Positions 7,207 through 17,428 of a stretch of 60,086 nucleotides of DNA are shown piece after piece. The notes under the pieces are model-generated. The model was not told the origin of the DNA. It did not search any database and was given only the letters and a program-made list of their open reading frames with translations. The first letter of the stretch is position 1, and every line of letters starts with the position of its first letter. This DNA comes from Poseidonia sp. (lineage in GTDB: Archaea; Thermoplasmatota; Poseidoniia; Poseidoniales; Poseidoniaceae), in contig JAUREJ010000009.1 in NCBI GenBank assembly GCA_030827475.1, positions 1 through 60,086 on the forward strand. Reading direction: 5' to 3'. A program made the translations under genes and the position numbers.

Positions 7207-10200
7207 TCAATCATCGTCCGAATTCCGCTTGACCGCGCGTCGCTTGACGGGGGCCTTCCGAGGGGCTGGACGTCGGCCAACAGCCCGGCGAACGGGTTTC
7301 TTGCGGGGCGCATCGTCATCATCGTCATCGTCATCGTCATCATCATCGTCATCGTCATCGTCATCGTCGTCCTCATCCTCCTCTTCGGGTTCCGGTTCGG
7401 ACTTCTTCTGGCGACGGCGCTCTTTGCGCTGCACGATGTTGATGGCGAAGGGATCGTCATCATCATTGACAGGAGCGGCTTTTGCCTCATCTTCCTTCTT
7501 TTCTTCCTCAGCAAAAGGATCGGACTTGGTCCCGGTGCCGGTGACGGCATCCATATCGAGGTCTTGGCTGGTGCCGATGAACTCCGCCATCCACGATTCG
7601 TCGTCGTCGTCGTCGTCGCCACGCTTTTTCTTCTTGGGTCCGGACATGCCAACCCGGATGATCATGAGGGAGACCACAATCGCCAACAGGTTGACCAAGG
7701 CGATAATCCACACCATCACATAGGGTGGGTCGGTATAGCCCGGTGTGATGGTTTCAGGTTCAACCGGTGGCTTGAGATCTTCAACATAGTTGCAATACGT
7801 GGTGCCGTCCAGGTTGTTTCGGCAGAAATCCACCACGAACTCAACGCGCTTTTGAACCTCGTTTCCTGCACCGTCCGTTGCTCGGACGGTCAAGGCGTGT
7901 TTGCCGGTTTCGAAGTTGCCCGACGAGATTTCCATATCGGCCGAGAGTGCCCGGCTGTTGCCGTCCACGTCGGTGATGCCCGTCAAATCCGACCAAGGTG
8001 TGGACACGGGCGAGCCGGTTTCACCACCAAAATGGTACGTAAATCGGTACTGGAACGTGGTGATGATGACGTCGTCTTCAGCGCCTGCGAGAATGTTGAT
8101 TCGGTTTCCATAGAGGTATTTTGAGCCGTCAGAGGCGGGGGTTGGCGAGAAGATGCTGACCTGCGGAAGTTGAGCATCGATGGAGAGGTGCGTCCAAGTT
8201 TGGATGACCTCGTTGTTGGATTCGTCCTCCATCGTGACCCGTATCACCATGTCCCCGGCGTCGGTGTTCGAGAGGATGCTAAAGTCGTAGGTGTAAAGTG
8301 GACCAACCTCGGGGTTGTTCCGATTGTCGTTGAGAACGGAAAGGGGTTCCTCGTCGTTGGTCAGTACCGCACCGTCGAGGGTGGTGATGTTGATGGTTGG
8401 TGTGGTGCCGAGGTCTTCGTTGACCTGGAGGCGGAAGCTGTACTGACCGGCCACCATGGTGGTGCTTTCGTACGGAGCCCCTTCCCCGTCAACGACGGTT
8501 AACGTGGCGTTGGGCAGCAAGGTGTCCTCTGGAACCTTGAAGGCGTTTCCACCGATGCCACCGAAGATCTCACCGTTGAAATTGCCCCACTCATCGGTGA
8601 TGGAAACGGCGTACCACACCTCACGGTCAACGTTGGGCGGGATGTCGAATTCTCTCGTGATGGTATCCCCGGTCTCGAGGCCGGTGGAAATGTCGTCGAG
8701 AACGAGTTCCCATCCGTCGGAGTCGGTGTCGGAGATGTCGTTCTCGTCTTCACCGAACGGCGCACCGTAATGGCGCCAGATGGCGTACGACTCGTTGGCT
8801 TCATCCTCGTTGAACCATTCAAGGCTCACGAGGTTCATCGAACCGATGGAATACGCATTCTTGATTCGGGGTGGGTTGGGTGCAAGGGTGTCCTCAAAGG
8901 GCACTTGGAAGAAATTTTGGATCAAGCCCGTGAAATGGTAGGTCCCGTTGACGTTGCCGTACAGGGCTTCGGAGGTCACCCAGTAAAACGAGTTCGTCCG
9001 ATACACGCCGTCGGGAACGGGCGCATCAAACGTTCCGATGCTGTCGGAAACGGTGCCCAAGTATTCAAGGGTCTCATTCTCTACGAATTGGCCGGTGTTC
9101 ACTCGGTACGTTGAGTACCAGATGTGATAGACTTCACCCTCGATGCCCAGTTGGTCGTCCCAAGTGACGCGCGTCGTCCGGTCGCCGATGAACTCAGCAT
9201 GAACGTTGGTGGGTTCCGCCACCCAATTGTAGAAGGCATCTTCCTCGATGGCGTTGGTGCAGGAATCGCCGGTTGTTTCGGTGTTGATGACGCCCGTTGA
9301 ATCCACGGTCACGACGCAATAGTAGGAATAACCGAGGAAACCTTGCGGGACTTGGACTTTGAAAGAATTGATGCCTTCAAGAATGCCCGAAACGAGGAGT
9401 TCAACATCGTTGCGAAGGATGGTCGTGAAGGGCTGGTCGGACCGATAAACGCTGTACGTTTCACCCGATTCGGACGCCACGTCCCCCCAGCTGAGGTTGG
9501 TATGTCCCGTGCCCGTCTGAGGTACCGGCACAAACTGGGCCCCCAAGAGAATGGGTTGCGGGGGTGGACGGTTGTCCTCAACCACGGGGTCAGTGAGCGT
9601 GTTTTTCCCCACGAAGCGGAGGTCTTCGTAATCCTCGTACAACCCCGATGTTGCGTTGTATGTATGGTTGGCCAAGAAATAGGTGATTGAGTAGTAACTT
9701 TCCCGTTGGGTGTTGGGCGGAACGGTCACCACGTAGGAGGTGTTGGTTGCATCAACAACGGCGATCGGCGTTGTGGTTCCGGGCAAGTAAATGCCGTTAC
9801 CACGGTTGATTTCATACGGAGTTTGCCAGATGCGAATCTGCAAGGCGTTCGGGCCGGTCGTCGGGTGAACGGGGAGGATATCGTTGTAATTCAACCACGT
9901 CAGGGTGGTTTCACTGGCCGTGGCATCAAACTGAGCCGAGATGATGAACGGGGTCTGAACGGGTTGCGCTATTTCGGTCACTGGGGTCGTTAGGTTCGAT
10001 TCGTCGGGCAACAAATCCGCCATTTCGCTCCCGTTGGCGAGCGTCGTGGTGATGGCGTAGTAGAACAGGCCGTCGGTCCCCGGGGCGACCGGATAGGCTA
10101 CGGCATGCCCTGGATGAGTGGTGCCCGAACAATACCCCGGATTTCCCCCTGCGGCCGTATTACTGCAAACGTCCACCGTGGCGAACGGGGTTAAACTGGC

Positions 10201-10479
10201 GAGATTGGAGGTGTTGATCGGTGCAGTGTGGCGATAAACATTGTACGTTGATGAGAACATGTTGTTCAGGACGGTGATGTCGGTGGAAACTTGATTCTCC
10301 CAAGTGACGGTCGTGGTTTCCGTCGCCGTGACGAAGGTAGCGCTGATGTTGTGCGCCTGATGATTGTCGGCGGGGCTCTGCCCTGAAACAGGCGTAAGGG
10401 GGGCGAGGGCGAGAAGCATCACCGCAGCAAGAAGGACGGCGCGCAAAGTTCCGTTTTGTTCAGCCGTTGGACTACCCAT
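7207..10479 (-). CDS. Large cell-surface protein: signal peptide, about 5 Fn3-like repeats, Ig-like domains, C-terminal TM and charged tail
   Basis: Repeated TTxxW...Y.(V/I)(Y/W)...YY.(I/V)T units, TM YVMVWIIALVNLLAIVVSLMII, poly-Asp and a K/R-rich end. Confidence 0.85.
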   Translation of the reverse strand: MGSPTAEQNGTLRAVLLAAVMLLALAPLTPVSGQSPADNHQAHNISATFVTATETTTVTWENQVSTDITVLNNMFSSTYNVYRHTAPINTSNLASLTPFATVDVCSNTAAGGNPGYCSGTTHPGHAVAYPVAPGTDGLFYYAITTTLANGSEMADLLPDESNLTTPVTEIAQPVQTPFIISAQFDATASETTLTWLNYNDILPVHPTTGPNALQIRIWQTPYEINRGNGIYLPGTTTPIAVVDATNTSYVVTVPPNTQRESYYSITYFLANHTYNATSGLYEDYEDLRFVGKNTLTDPVVEDNRPPPQPILLGAQFVPVPQTGTGHTNLSWGDVASESGETYSVYRSDQPFTTILRNDVELLVSGILEGINSFKVQVPQGFLGYSYYCVVTVDSTGVINTETTGDSCTNAIEEDAFYNWVAEPTNVHAEFIGDRTTRVTWDDQLGIEGEVYHIWYSTYRVNTGQFVENETLEYLGTVSDSIGTFDAPVPDGVYRTNSFYWVTSEALYGNVNGTYHFTGLIQNFFQVPFEDTLAPNPPRIKNAYSIGSMNLVSLEWFNEDEANESYAIWRHYGAPFGEDENDISDTDSDGWELVLDDISTGLETGDTITREFDIPPNVDREVWYAVSITDEWGNFNGEIFGGIGGNAFKVPEDTLLPNATLTVVDGEGAPYESTTMVAGQYSFRLQVNEDLGTTPTINITTLDGAVLTNDEEPLSVLNDNRNNPEVGPLYTYDFSILSNTDAGDMVIRVTMEDESNNEVIQTWTHLSIDAQLPQVSIFSPTPASDGSKYLYGNRINILAGAEDDVIITTFQYRFTYHFGGETGSPVSTPWSDLTGITDVDGNSRALSADMEISSGNFETGKHALTVRATDGAGNEVQKRVEFVVDFCRNNLDGTTYCNYVEDLKPPVEPETITPGYTDPPYVMVWIIALVNLLAIVVSLMIIRVGMSGPKKKKRGDDDDDDESWMAEFIGTSQDLDMDAVTGTGTKSDPFAEEEKKEDEAKAAPVNDDDDPFAINIVQRKERRRQKKSEPEPEEEDEDDDDDDDDDDDDDDDDDDDDAPRKKPVRRAVGRRPAPRKAPVKRRAVKRNSDDD
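7311..7384 (-). repeat. Coding (GAY)n trinucleotide tract encoding poly-Asp/Glu
   Basis: catcgtcatcatcgtcatcgtc... run on the + strand, giving EEEDE followed by about 20 consecutive Asp. Confidence 0.9.
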
Positions 10480-10566
10480 CAACGCATATGTAGCCTTCGT
10501 CCGTTATCACTATGTCGCTTGAAAGGCGTCAAAACAGCCCTTCCTCAGCCCGAAACAGAGGCGCCA

Positions 10567-11283
10567 TCACGATGTTGAATCGGCGCCCTCGTTTTGGTTG
10601 GGTTGAGGCAAGGGTTCCCGTTCGTCCAAGGCCTTGATTTCGCCTTTTGCTTGCAGAAACCGAACCAAGAATGTCCAAACCCCGCCCAAGGCCGAAATGA
10701 ACACGATGAGGCTCATCGGATTGACGCTGATGTGGTCGTAAGGTGCGGGGTAGGTTGCGCTCACATCCGCACCAACGATGAGCATGATGCCCATCACGAC
10801 CAACGAGAGCAAGGTCAACACCGTGCGATCGGCGCGCGAAAAGCCGCGGTAATTTCGGGCCCCAGCCACCGCTTGCGCCTGCGTCCCCATGTACGAGCCG
10901 AGCAGGGTCAAGAAAGCGGCGGCAAAACCGAGCGCCAGGTCACCAACGAACACGGAGGCGCTGATGCAAACGACCCAGGTCGCGTCGAGCAAGCGGTCGA
11001 TGGTGTGGTCGAGGTAATCGCCCCAGCGGGTGACCTCGCCCTTGGCCCGAGCCAGTGAACCGTCCAACCCGTCAAACAGCATGGCGAGGGCGATCATCAA
11101 GGCGCCACCCAGCAACCAGCCGCCACCCGAGGTGCTGTCGGGGGCGTACATGGCCAGCACACCTCCGGCCACCCCAAGCGGGAGGGCCATCCACGTCACG
11201 GCTTCGGGCGAAAAACGGTGAAACGTCCGCAACACAGGCTGAAGCGCGGCTTCCCAGCGACGGCGCATCTTCTCTAGGGCCAT
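10567..11283 (-). CDS. CDP-alcohol phosphatidyltransferase
   Basis: Signature DGLDGSLARAKGEVTRWGDYLDHTIDR and multiple TM helices. Confidence 0.93.
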   Translation of the reverse strand: MALEKMRRRWEAALQPVLRTFHRFSPEAVTWMALPLGVAGGVLAMYAPDSTSGGGWLLGGALMIALAMLFDGLDGSLARAKGEVTRWGDYLDHTIDRLLDATWVVCISASVFVGDLALGFAAAFLTLLGSYMGTQAQAVAGARNYRGFSRADRTVLTLLSLVVMGIMLIVGADVSATYPAPYDHISVNPMSLIVFISALGGVWTFLVRFLQAKGEIKALDEREPLPQPNQNEGADSTS

Positions 11284-11344
11284 GGGCCAACGACCTCCGA
11301 ACGGGTGTTATGGTTTGTGGAGGCCACCGCGCCGAATCGTTGGA

Positions 11345-11884
11345 TTAACCAAGCCAATCGATGGCGCTGGAGACGTGAGCATCCAACGCTTCCGAGGGCA
11401 TGCCCTCCTCCACCCAGGCTTCGATGCGGTGACCAAGCGTTTCGGTTTCGTTCGCACCGGCGTCCAATTCCAACAAGGGGAGGTCGACCTCAAACTCCGA
11501 CAACTCCGCCCAGTGGCCTGCCGTCATTTCCCATTCCACGTTGGCGCGAACCTTGGCCTCACCGTAGCCTCGTTGGGTCAAACGTTGGGAGAGTACCGAG
11601 GGCGAACACCGCAAGACGACGATGGCATCAACATCCAGAAAGTGGCTCAAATGCCCGTCGACCACCCATCGCCCCGACCGAGGAGGTTCCCACGCTTCGT
11701 CCAAACGTTGGATATCGATGGGAGCAGCGCCGTCCTTCGGGTCCACTTCCTCAAGACATCCGTGTGAAGCCGCCAGCTCAGCTACCGAGAGCACCCCCCA
11801 TCCGCGCGCTTGAAGCCATGACGCAACGGTCGATTTCCCCACACCGGGCGTCCCGGTCAAAGCCACCACGCAAGGTTCGTCCAT
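11345..11884 (-). CDS. Adenylate kinase, AK6/Fap7 type
   Basis: ALTGTPGVGKST P-loop, VVDGHLSH, VVLRC, RGYGEAKVRANVE. Confidence 0.9.
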   Translation of the reverse strand: MDEPCVVALTGTPGVGKSTVASWLQARGWGVLSVAELAASHGCLEEVDPKDGAAPIDIQRLDEAWEPPRSGRWVVDGHLSHFLDVDAIVVLRCSPSVLSQRLTQRGYGEAKVRANVEWEMTAGHWAELSEFEVDLPLLELDAGANETETLGHRIEAWVEEGMPSEALDAHVSSAIDWLG

Positions 11885-11987
11885 GACCGGCCTTCGGTGC
11901 TGCACGTATCTAAAGGGACACGCCGATGGACGGGCCCGCCTCAACAAAGGCATCATAGCCGGCGGCGTTCTCACCTCACCTGTTCCC

Positions 11988-12737
11988 ATGTTCGGCATGC
12001 AAGACCCGTCCCAAACGCTGCTCCAAATTGAGCGGTACATGGCGGAGGGTCGACTCGAGCTCTCCGAGGTGATGGCCACCCAATTTTGCGACTTGATGCT
12101 TTCAACGAAAAAAAGGGACCCGCAACAACAAATCTTCCTGCTCAAAGGACTCCGATTGATGTGCGATGTCTACTTGCTGCGCAACAAGGCCGAACAGAGC
12201 ATGAAAGCCATCAAACGCATGCATAACGAACGCAAAAACCTCGTCAATGTCCTGCAAAAGCATGCCCCACAGATGCTGGAGGCGATGCAACCCGAGCACG
12301 AAGACCACCTTCGGGCCGGTCGGTTGTACGCCGCAGCAGGCAAAACAAAGGCGGCATCAAAGGCGTTTGCTCGATGTGAAAAACTCGCACCGGGCCACCT
12401 CGCAGCCTCCCTTGCCGCAACCCGTGCAATGCCCTCAAAAGCCCACATCGCCCGCTTCCTCGGGGCGATCGACGCCGCTGGGAGCGTGGTGCTGGCCAAC
12501 GGTGCATTTGTGCTTCAGCCGACGGGGTCGCCTGCGGTACCGTTGGATGAAGTGCTGGACGCTTTGCGGCACGCTGCTTCAGCAAGTCCAGCGCACGCCG
12601 ATGCCTGCACAAAAGCCCAGGCCGACTTGAGCGTGCAACAGGCAGCCATTCTCGCCGGTGAGCAAGCCGCTAACGCACGCTTGCAATCAGCGCTGGACAG
12701 CCTGCAACCAAAGCACGACTACTACCAGTACGGATGA
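11988..12737 (+). CDS. Hypothetical alpha-helical/TPR-like protein
   Basis: HLRAGRLYAAAGKTKAASKAFARCEKLAP resembles one TPR unit. The protein looks helical throughout. Confidence 0.65.
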   Translation: MFGMQDPSQTLLQIERYMAEGRLELSEVMATQFCDLMLSTKKRDPQQQIFLLKGLRLMCDVYLLRNKAEQSMKAIKRMHNERKNLVNVLQKHAPQMLEAMQPEHEDHLRAGRLYAAAGKTKAASKAFARCEKLAPGHLAASLAATRAMPSKAHIARFLGAIDAAGSVVLANGAFVLQPTGSPAVPLDEVLDALRHAASASPAHADACTKAQADLSVQQAAILAGEQAANARLQSALDSLQPKHDYYQYG

Positions 12738-12738
12738 G

Positions 12739-12813
12739 TAGCGAGGGATGGATTTGAACCATCGATCTCCGGGTTATGAGCCCGACGGGATATCCAGACT
12801 ACCCCACCTCGCT
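12739..12813 (-). tRNA. Initiator tRNA-Met (anticodon CAT)
   Basis: Reverse complement AGCGAGGTGGGGTAGTCTGGATATCCCGTCGGGCTCATAACCCGGAGATCGATGGTTCAAATCCATCCCTCGCTA has A1-U72 and three G-C pairs in the anticodon stem, both archaeal initiator features. Confidence 0.95.
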
Positions 12814-12909
12814 AAACCAACCGCCACGGTTCACCGTCTTCAAACCACCGTTTGCTTCAGGTTCCCGAAAAAGGGTGCTTTCTTGAGGTGTAAACCCCTC
12901 CCCCTGACC

Positions 12910-13758
12910 ATGCGAACAACCGGCCATCTCACGGCGCTGATGCTCGCACTCCTGTTCTGCATGCCTTTCTCGGGGTGCCTCGCTGGTGAAGTTCAGGACG
13001 ACAGCAATCCCATCACGATGGCCGTGCATTACGATTCGACGTCGGGAACAATCACCGAACGCATCCAAAACAACGCCATTTTAACGCAAACAGGCGTGGA
13101 ATTGAGTTTTGATTTCGCACGCGTAACCTCCAAGGCTGGGGCGATGAAGAGCTTCACGCTCGACCCGGGCGACGATGACGAAGGGGGAAACGTCGTGACC
13201 GTGAACGCCAACGAGCGGGCGGAACTCTCCTACACCTACCTCACGCACGGCTTATTTACGGTCACCCTAAGCGCCACCGATGAAGCGAACAACAACGCCG
13301 AAATCAGCCTCACCGTTCGCATTGACAAAACCATCGACTGGACGCAAAGCAACACCGACGACCCCCCCACCATGACCGTGTCAACCACGCCCGATTGCGA
13401 TTGCCCAATCGCGGAAAAAATCACCGTCGATTCCACGATTTCAAATCCAGAGGATTTGGTGCCCGCTACGCAGGTCACGACCACCTGGCACCTCAATGAT
13501 CCCGACGGGGACCAACAAGCCTTCCACACCGAACAGATTGGCGACGGGCAGGAAGCCACGTGGACGCACAGCCAATACAACCTTGCCAGCGGAGACTGGA
13601 CATTGGAGGTCACCATTGATTCGGGTAACGATTCCATCTCTATCCATCACATCGTCACCGTGCTTTACGAAGCGCTTGAATCCACACCAAATCCGTTGAT
13701 GATTGAAATGCCCGATGAAGCGAGTGATTCACTTTCCGTTTTGCAAAATAAGAAGTGA
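12910..13758 (+). CDS. Putative lipoprotein with PKD-like domain
   Basis: Lipobox-like FSGCLA after a hydrophobic leader. DPGD...SYTYLTHGLFTVTLSATD is PKD-like. Confidence 0.75.
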   Translation: MRTTGHLTALMLALLFCMPFSGCLAGEVQDDSNPITMAVHYDSTSGTITERIQNNAILTQTGVELSFDFARVTSKAGAMKSFTLDPGDDDEGGNVVTVNANERAELSYTYLTHGLFTVTLSATDEANNNAEISLTVRIDKTIDWTQSNTDDPPTMTVSTTPDCDCPIAEKITVDSTISNPEDLVPATQVTTTWHLNDPDGDQQAFHTEQIGDGQEATWTHSQYNLASGDWTLEVTIDSGNDSISIHHIVTVLYEALESTPNPLMIEMPDEASDSLSVLQNKK

Positions 13759-13889
13759 AAGTGAAAAAACAGCGAACTGCGAGCAACCACAGGGAGAACT
13801 TGGCCGGCCGTAGAAGCGAAGTCACGTCGCGCCCTCCTTCGTCCGTTCATATAGGGACGCCAGCACAGCCGGAGTTGAAGGGATGAAGA

Positions 13890-14924
13890 ATGCCGACGAA
13901 AACAGAGAAGAACGTGAACATCGAAATTGAAAAGAATGAAGCACCGAAGGAAGAGGTGGTCGCTCCAATGACGGAGGAAGAGGAGGTCCAATTGACCATC
14001 GAAGACCTGCCTGGTGTGGGACCGGCAACCGCTGAGAAACTCCGTGAAGCTGGTTTTGAAGAACTCCTCGCCTTGGCCGTGATGTCGCCCGGCGACCTCG
14101 CTGAAGAAGCTGAACTGGGCGAAGCAGTCTCCGCCAAGATCATCGCTTCTGCCAAGAAAATGGCCAACATCGGCGGCTTCGTTTCCGGCGATGCCCTGCT
14201 CGAGCGCCGTCGTGAAGTGCGGAAGCTCTGCTCCAAGGTCCAATCCATTGACGACCTCCTCGGCGGCGGTTTTGAAACCCAAGCCCTGGTTGAGGTGTAC
14301 GGGGAATTTGGGAGCGGTAAGACGCAGATCGGCCACCAGTTGGCCGTGAACTGCACCCTGCCCGTTGACCAAGGAGGCCTTGACGGGGACGTGTTTTACA
14401 TCGATACCGAAGACACCTTCCGCCCGGAGCGCATCACGCAAATGGCGCGGGGCCATGGCCTCGACCCCGAGTACGTCCTCTCTCGTATCCACGTCGCTCG
14501 TGCTTACAACTCCGCTCACCAAATGTTGCTCGCCGACGAGATCAAACGGATGAGCAAGGGCTTGAACGTCAAGATGATCATCGTTGATTCACTCACCAGC
14601 CACTTCCGAGCCGAGTTCATTGGCCGAGGCATGTTGGCTCGCCGCCAGCAGAAGCTCAACAGCCACCTCAAAGATTTGAAGCAGTTGGCGGACATCAACA
14701 ACGCCCTCGTTCTTGTGACCAACCAAGTTCACTCCAAGCCCGATGCGATGTGGGGCGACCCTACCAAGCCCATCGGCGGCCACATTCTCGCCCACGCCAG
14801 CACCTTCCGCCTCTACCTCAGAAAGGCCAAGGGCGGTCGCCGAATTGCTCGCTTGGTCGACTCTCCAAACCTGCCGGACGGCGAGTGCGTCTACCAGGTG
14901 ACTGAAGAAGGCCTTCGTGACTGA
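13890..14924 (+). CDS. radA: DNA repair and recombination protein RadA
   Basis: Hh[16 protein letters not shown], Walker [36 protein letters not shown]. Confidence 0.98.
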   Translation: MPTKTEKNVNIEIEKNEAPKEEVVAPMTEEEEVQLTIEDLPGVGPATAEKLREAGFEELLALAVMSPGDLAEEAELGEAVSAKIIASAKKMANIGGFVSGDALLERRREVRKLCSKVQSIDDLLGGGFETQALVEVYGEFGSGKTQIGHQLAVNCTLPVDQGGLDGDVFYIDTEDTFRPERITQMARGHGLDPEYVLSRIHVARAYNSAHQMLLADEIKRMSKGLNVKMIIVDSLTSHFRAEFIGRGMLARRQQKLNSHLKDLKQLADINNALVLVTNQVHSKPDAMWGDPTKPIGGHILAHASTFRLYLRKAKGGRRIARLVDSPNLPDGECVYQVTEEGLRD

Positions 14925-15012
14925 TTCGGCGTTTCGGTGTCGGGAGTGAAAACGACCTGAGAACACTTGGCCGGTGCGGCAAGTTGAAAATGTCGTCAAG
15001 TGAACTTCGCTC

Positions 15013-16140
15013 ATGCGCCATCTGATCGAACGTGTGCTCGAACTCACCGATGAAGAGGAACGGATCCCCATTCGCGAACAGGCGCCCGACCAAGGCAGCG
15101 ATGAAGAATTGCGAGCCTTGCTTGAATCGCTCCAACCCCGAATCCGTGTTTACGGTGTGGGCGGTGCGGGATGCAACGCTGTGAACCGTCTCTTTGACGA
15201 ATCACTCTTCGAATCGTCCTACGTGACTGGGTACGCCATCAACACGGATGCTCAGGCGCTCCTTCAATCGCCAATTCAAGAAAAAGTCCTGATTGGCAGA
15301 ACAGCGCGAGGAAGGGGTGCCGGCGGCGATCCGACCAAAGGCGAGGCTGCTGCCCTTGAATCGGAGATGGTGCTGCGACGCATCACCAACGACACCCAAC
15401 TCGCCATCATCACCGCAGGGATGGGGGGCGGTTCGGGAACCGGCGCAGCGGGCCACATCGCACGACTCGCAAAGGCCCAGGGTGCGCTAACCATCGCCGT
15501 GGTGACCTATCCGTTCAACTCCGAGGGTTCGCTGAGAAAACAGAACGCTGAATGGGGTCTTGAACGTTTGAGGGAATACTGCGACACCATTCTCGTCATT
15601 CCAAACGAGCGGCTTTTGGAGATCGAAGGCGTCAAGGATTTGCCCATCGCCAGTGCGTTCCGTGTAGGCGACGAACTTCTCGTGCGTTCCATCACGGGCG
15701 TGACCGAGATGCTCAACAGCGACGGGATGGTGAACCTGGATTTCGAGGACCTCAAGGCCATCATCACGTCTGGAGGTGGCGTGGCCATGATCGGCTTGGG
15801 TTCAGCCAAAGGTCCAGGAAGAGCCGAGGCGGCCGTGATGGAAGCCCTGCATTCACCCTTGCTGGAAATGGACATGAGCGATGCTCGGGGTGCGCTCATC
15901 AACGTTATCGGCGGCCCAAGCCTTACCCTAGGCGAAGCTGAACGCTGCAATCAACTGGTCAGCGAACAAATCTCACCCAACGCCAAAATCATCTGGGGTG
16001 CCGATTCAAAACCTGAACACGGTGATGAACTGCGCGTCATGGTGGTCATCACGGGGGTGAAGAGTCCCCAAATTCACGGCTCCATGGAAAACCGACAGCT
16101 TCGTGCATTGCGAAACCGGCAAATCGAATTCGTGAACTGA
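15013..16140 (+). CDS. ftsZ: Cell division protein FtsZ
   Basis: GVGGAGCNAV, NTDAQAL, GAGGDP, AGMGGGSGTG, T7 loop NLDFED. Confidence 0.96.
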   Translation: MRHLIERVLELTDEEERIPIREQAPDQGSDEELRALLESLQPRIRVYGVGGAGCNAVNRLFDESLFESSYVTGYAINTDAQALLQSPIQEKVLIGRTARGRGAGGDPTKGEAAALESEMVLRRITNDTQLAIITAGMGGGSGTGAAGHIARLAKAQGALTIAVVTYPFNSEGSLRKQNAEWGLERLREYCDTILVIPNERLLEIEGVKDLPIASAFRVGDELLVRSITGVTEMLNSDGMVNLDFEDLKAIITSGGGVAMIGLGSAKGPGRAEAAVMEALHSPLLEMDMSDARGALINVIGGPSLTLGEAERCNQLVSEQISPNAKIIWGADSKPEHGDELRVMVVITGVKSPQIHGSMENRQLRALRNRQIEFVN

Positions 16141-16752
16141 TCACTTCCGGGCGCTGACCCACAACAAGCCAACAAGCACCGCAAGGCCGACGGCCAGCAA
16201 CACCTTGTCTCCACCATTCAAGCCGTCAATTCCGACATGCGGTTCAAGAGGGCCTTCAAAAGCCACGCCTCCCACCGCAATTTCGAGGCTTGACCAGCCA
16301 TCTTCAGTCGGTGCGTTGTTGCCGTTGACGGCATTGCCGTGAACCGTGAAATCCGTCCGGCTGTCGTTGTTGAGCGGTGAGATCCACACGAGGTCCCACG
16401 AGCGTTGCCCCGCTCCGGCTTCCGTGTGCGTCCAACCTCCCCCGAGTTGTTGACCCAAACTTGCATTCATCTCAATGGTCCCGTTGCTGGCCAAGATTCG
16501 AAAGCCACCTGCGTAAGCGCCACCAACCGGCACGCTTGGGTTCTCAATCGACAGGGTGAGCAGGTAGGACGTGTTGCTTTCGTAAACATCGGGAAGGCCG
16601 TCCAGCCTCACGGTCGTTTGGTCCAACGGAGCATGGCACAAACACCCCTCATTCGCTTCATCCCCAACACCGTTTGGAGAAGAGACCGCCGTGCTCGGGA
16701 AAAGCAGCGCAAAGAGGAGAACGCCGAACAACGCCCAGCGACCGCCTCCCAT
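16141..16752 (-). CDS. Secreted, membrane-anchored Reeler-like (choice-of-anchor V-like) protein
   Basis: Signal peptide, GCLCH, GLPDVYE...Y.LT, GGF, THT, W..P, GNAVNGN and a C-terminal TM. Confidence 0.65.
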   Translation of the reverse strand: MGGGRWALFGVLLFALLFPSTAVSSPNGVGDEANEGCLCHAPLDQTTVRLDGLPDVYESNTSYLLTLSIENPSVPVGGAYAGGFRILASNGTIEMNASLGQQLGGGWTHTEAGAGQRSWDLVWISPLNNDSRTDFTVHGNAVNGNNAPTEDGWSSLEIAVGGVAFEGPLEPHVGIDGLNGGDKVLLAVGLAVLVGLLWVSARK

Positions 16753-16866
16753 GCATCGGACCTTAGTTCCGGTTTCGTATGAGCCTTGCTTTGCTCGCAT
16801 GGTCGTGATACAAGGGGTCCCACGAGAAACCATCCATTAAGTAGGAAGAGCGAGAGGAATTAATCC

Positions 16867-17412
16867 ATGATGGACGCGTTTGAAGCGCCGGAGGATGACG
16901 ATGAAGACATCGACATCTACGCTGCGCTTGGCTTGAACACCCCCGTTGACAACGGCATCGAAACAGGTGCCACAACAGATGCCTACGATCCCCTGGCGGC
17001 CTTTATGGACGACGACGATGAAGAAGACGAGGTCCCTGTTGCTGACCTCTTCACGGGACGTGCAGACGATGCAAACATCGACGCTGCCCACCAAAACGTG
17101 GAAACCCTTCTCGCCACGCTCGCTCGAGATTTGCTGGATGAAGAACGCTTGGTTTCCTCTCTACCCGGCGGCGAAGCCGACCTGATGAGCCTCAAGGTTG
17201 AGCGGGACCGAGAGGCCTACCACCTCTCGCTCATCGTTGATATGGGCGGTCATCGCATCAAGCCCTTTGCAACCGTCGTCGCCGACAACAACACGTGGAG
17301 ACCGATGAACCCGCCCAAAGGACTTCACGCCAAATGGAAACCCCTCTATGACGCCTTGTGCAAGGCGCTTTCCGACGCCCTCATGGAGCAATCCCGTTCC
17401 ACCTCGGCTTGA
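16867..17412 (+). CDS. Hypothetical protein with acidic N-terminus
   Basis: 181-aa ORF filling the gap between neighbours, with an acidic low-complexity N-terminal half. Confidence 0.65.
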   Translation: MMDAFEAPEDDDEDIDIYAALGLNTPVDNGIETGATTDAYDPLAAFMDDDDEEDEVPVADLFTGRADDANIDAAHQNVETLLATLARDLLDEERLVSSLPGGEADLMSLKVERDREAYHLSLIVDMGGHRIKPFATVVADNNTWRPMNPPKGLHAKWKPLYDALCKALSDALMEQSRSTSA

Positions 17413-17428
17413 GAAAACGAGTTCGAGG

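Noticed and set aside
7311-7384. Tandem repeat as CRISPR or non-coding satellite
   Set aside because: It is an in-frame poly-Asp tract with no spacers or cas genes. The poly-Ser and MTMT ORFs in other frames are shadows.
5157-12813. Region between two tRNAs as an integrated island
   Set aside because: No integrase, no duplicated tRNA 3' end, and housekeeping genes inside.
13890-14924. Intein in RadA
   Set aside because: Normal length (344 aa) with continuous motifs around Walker A.
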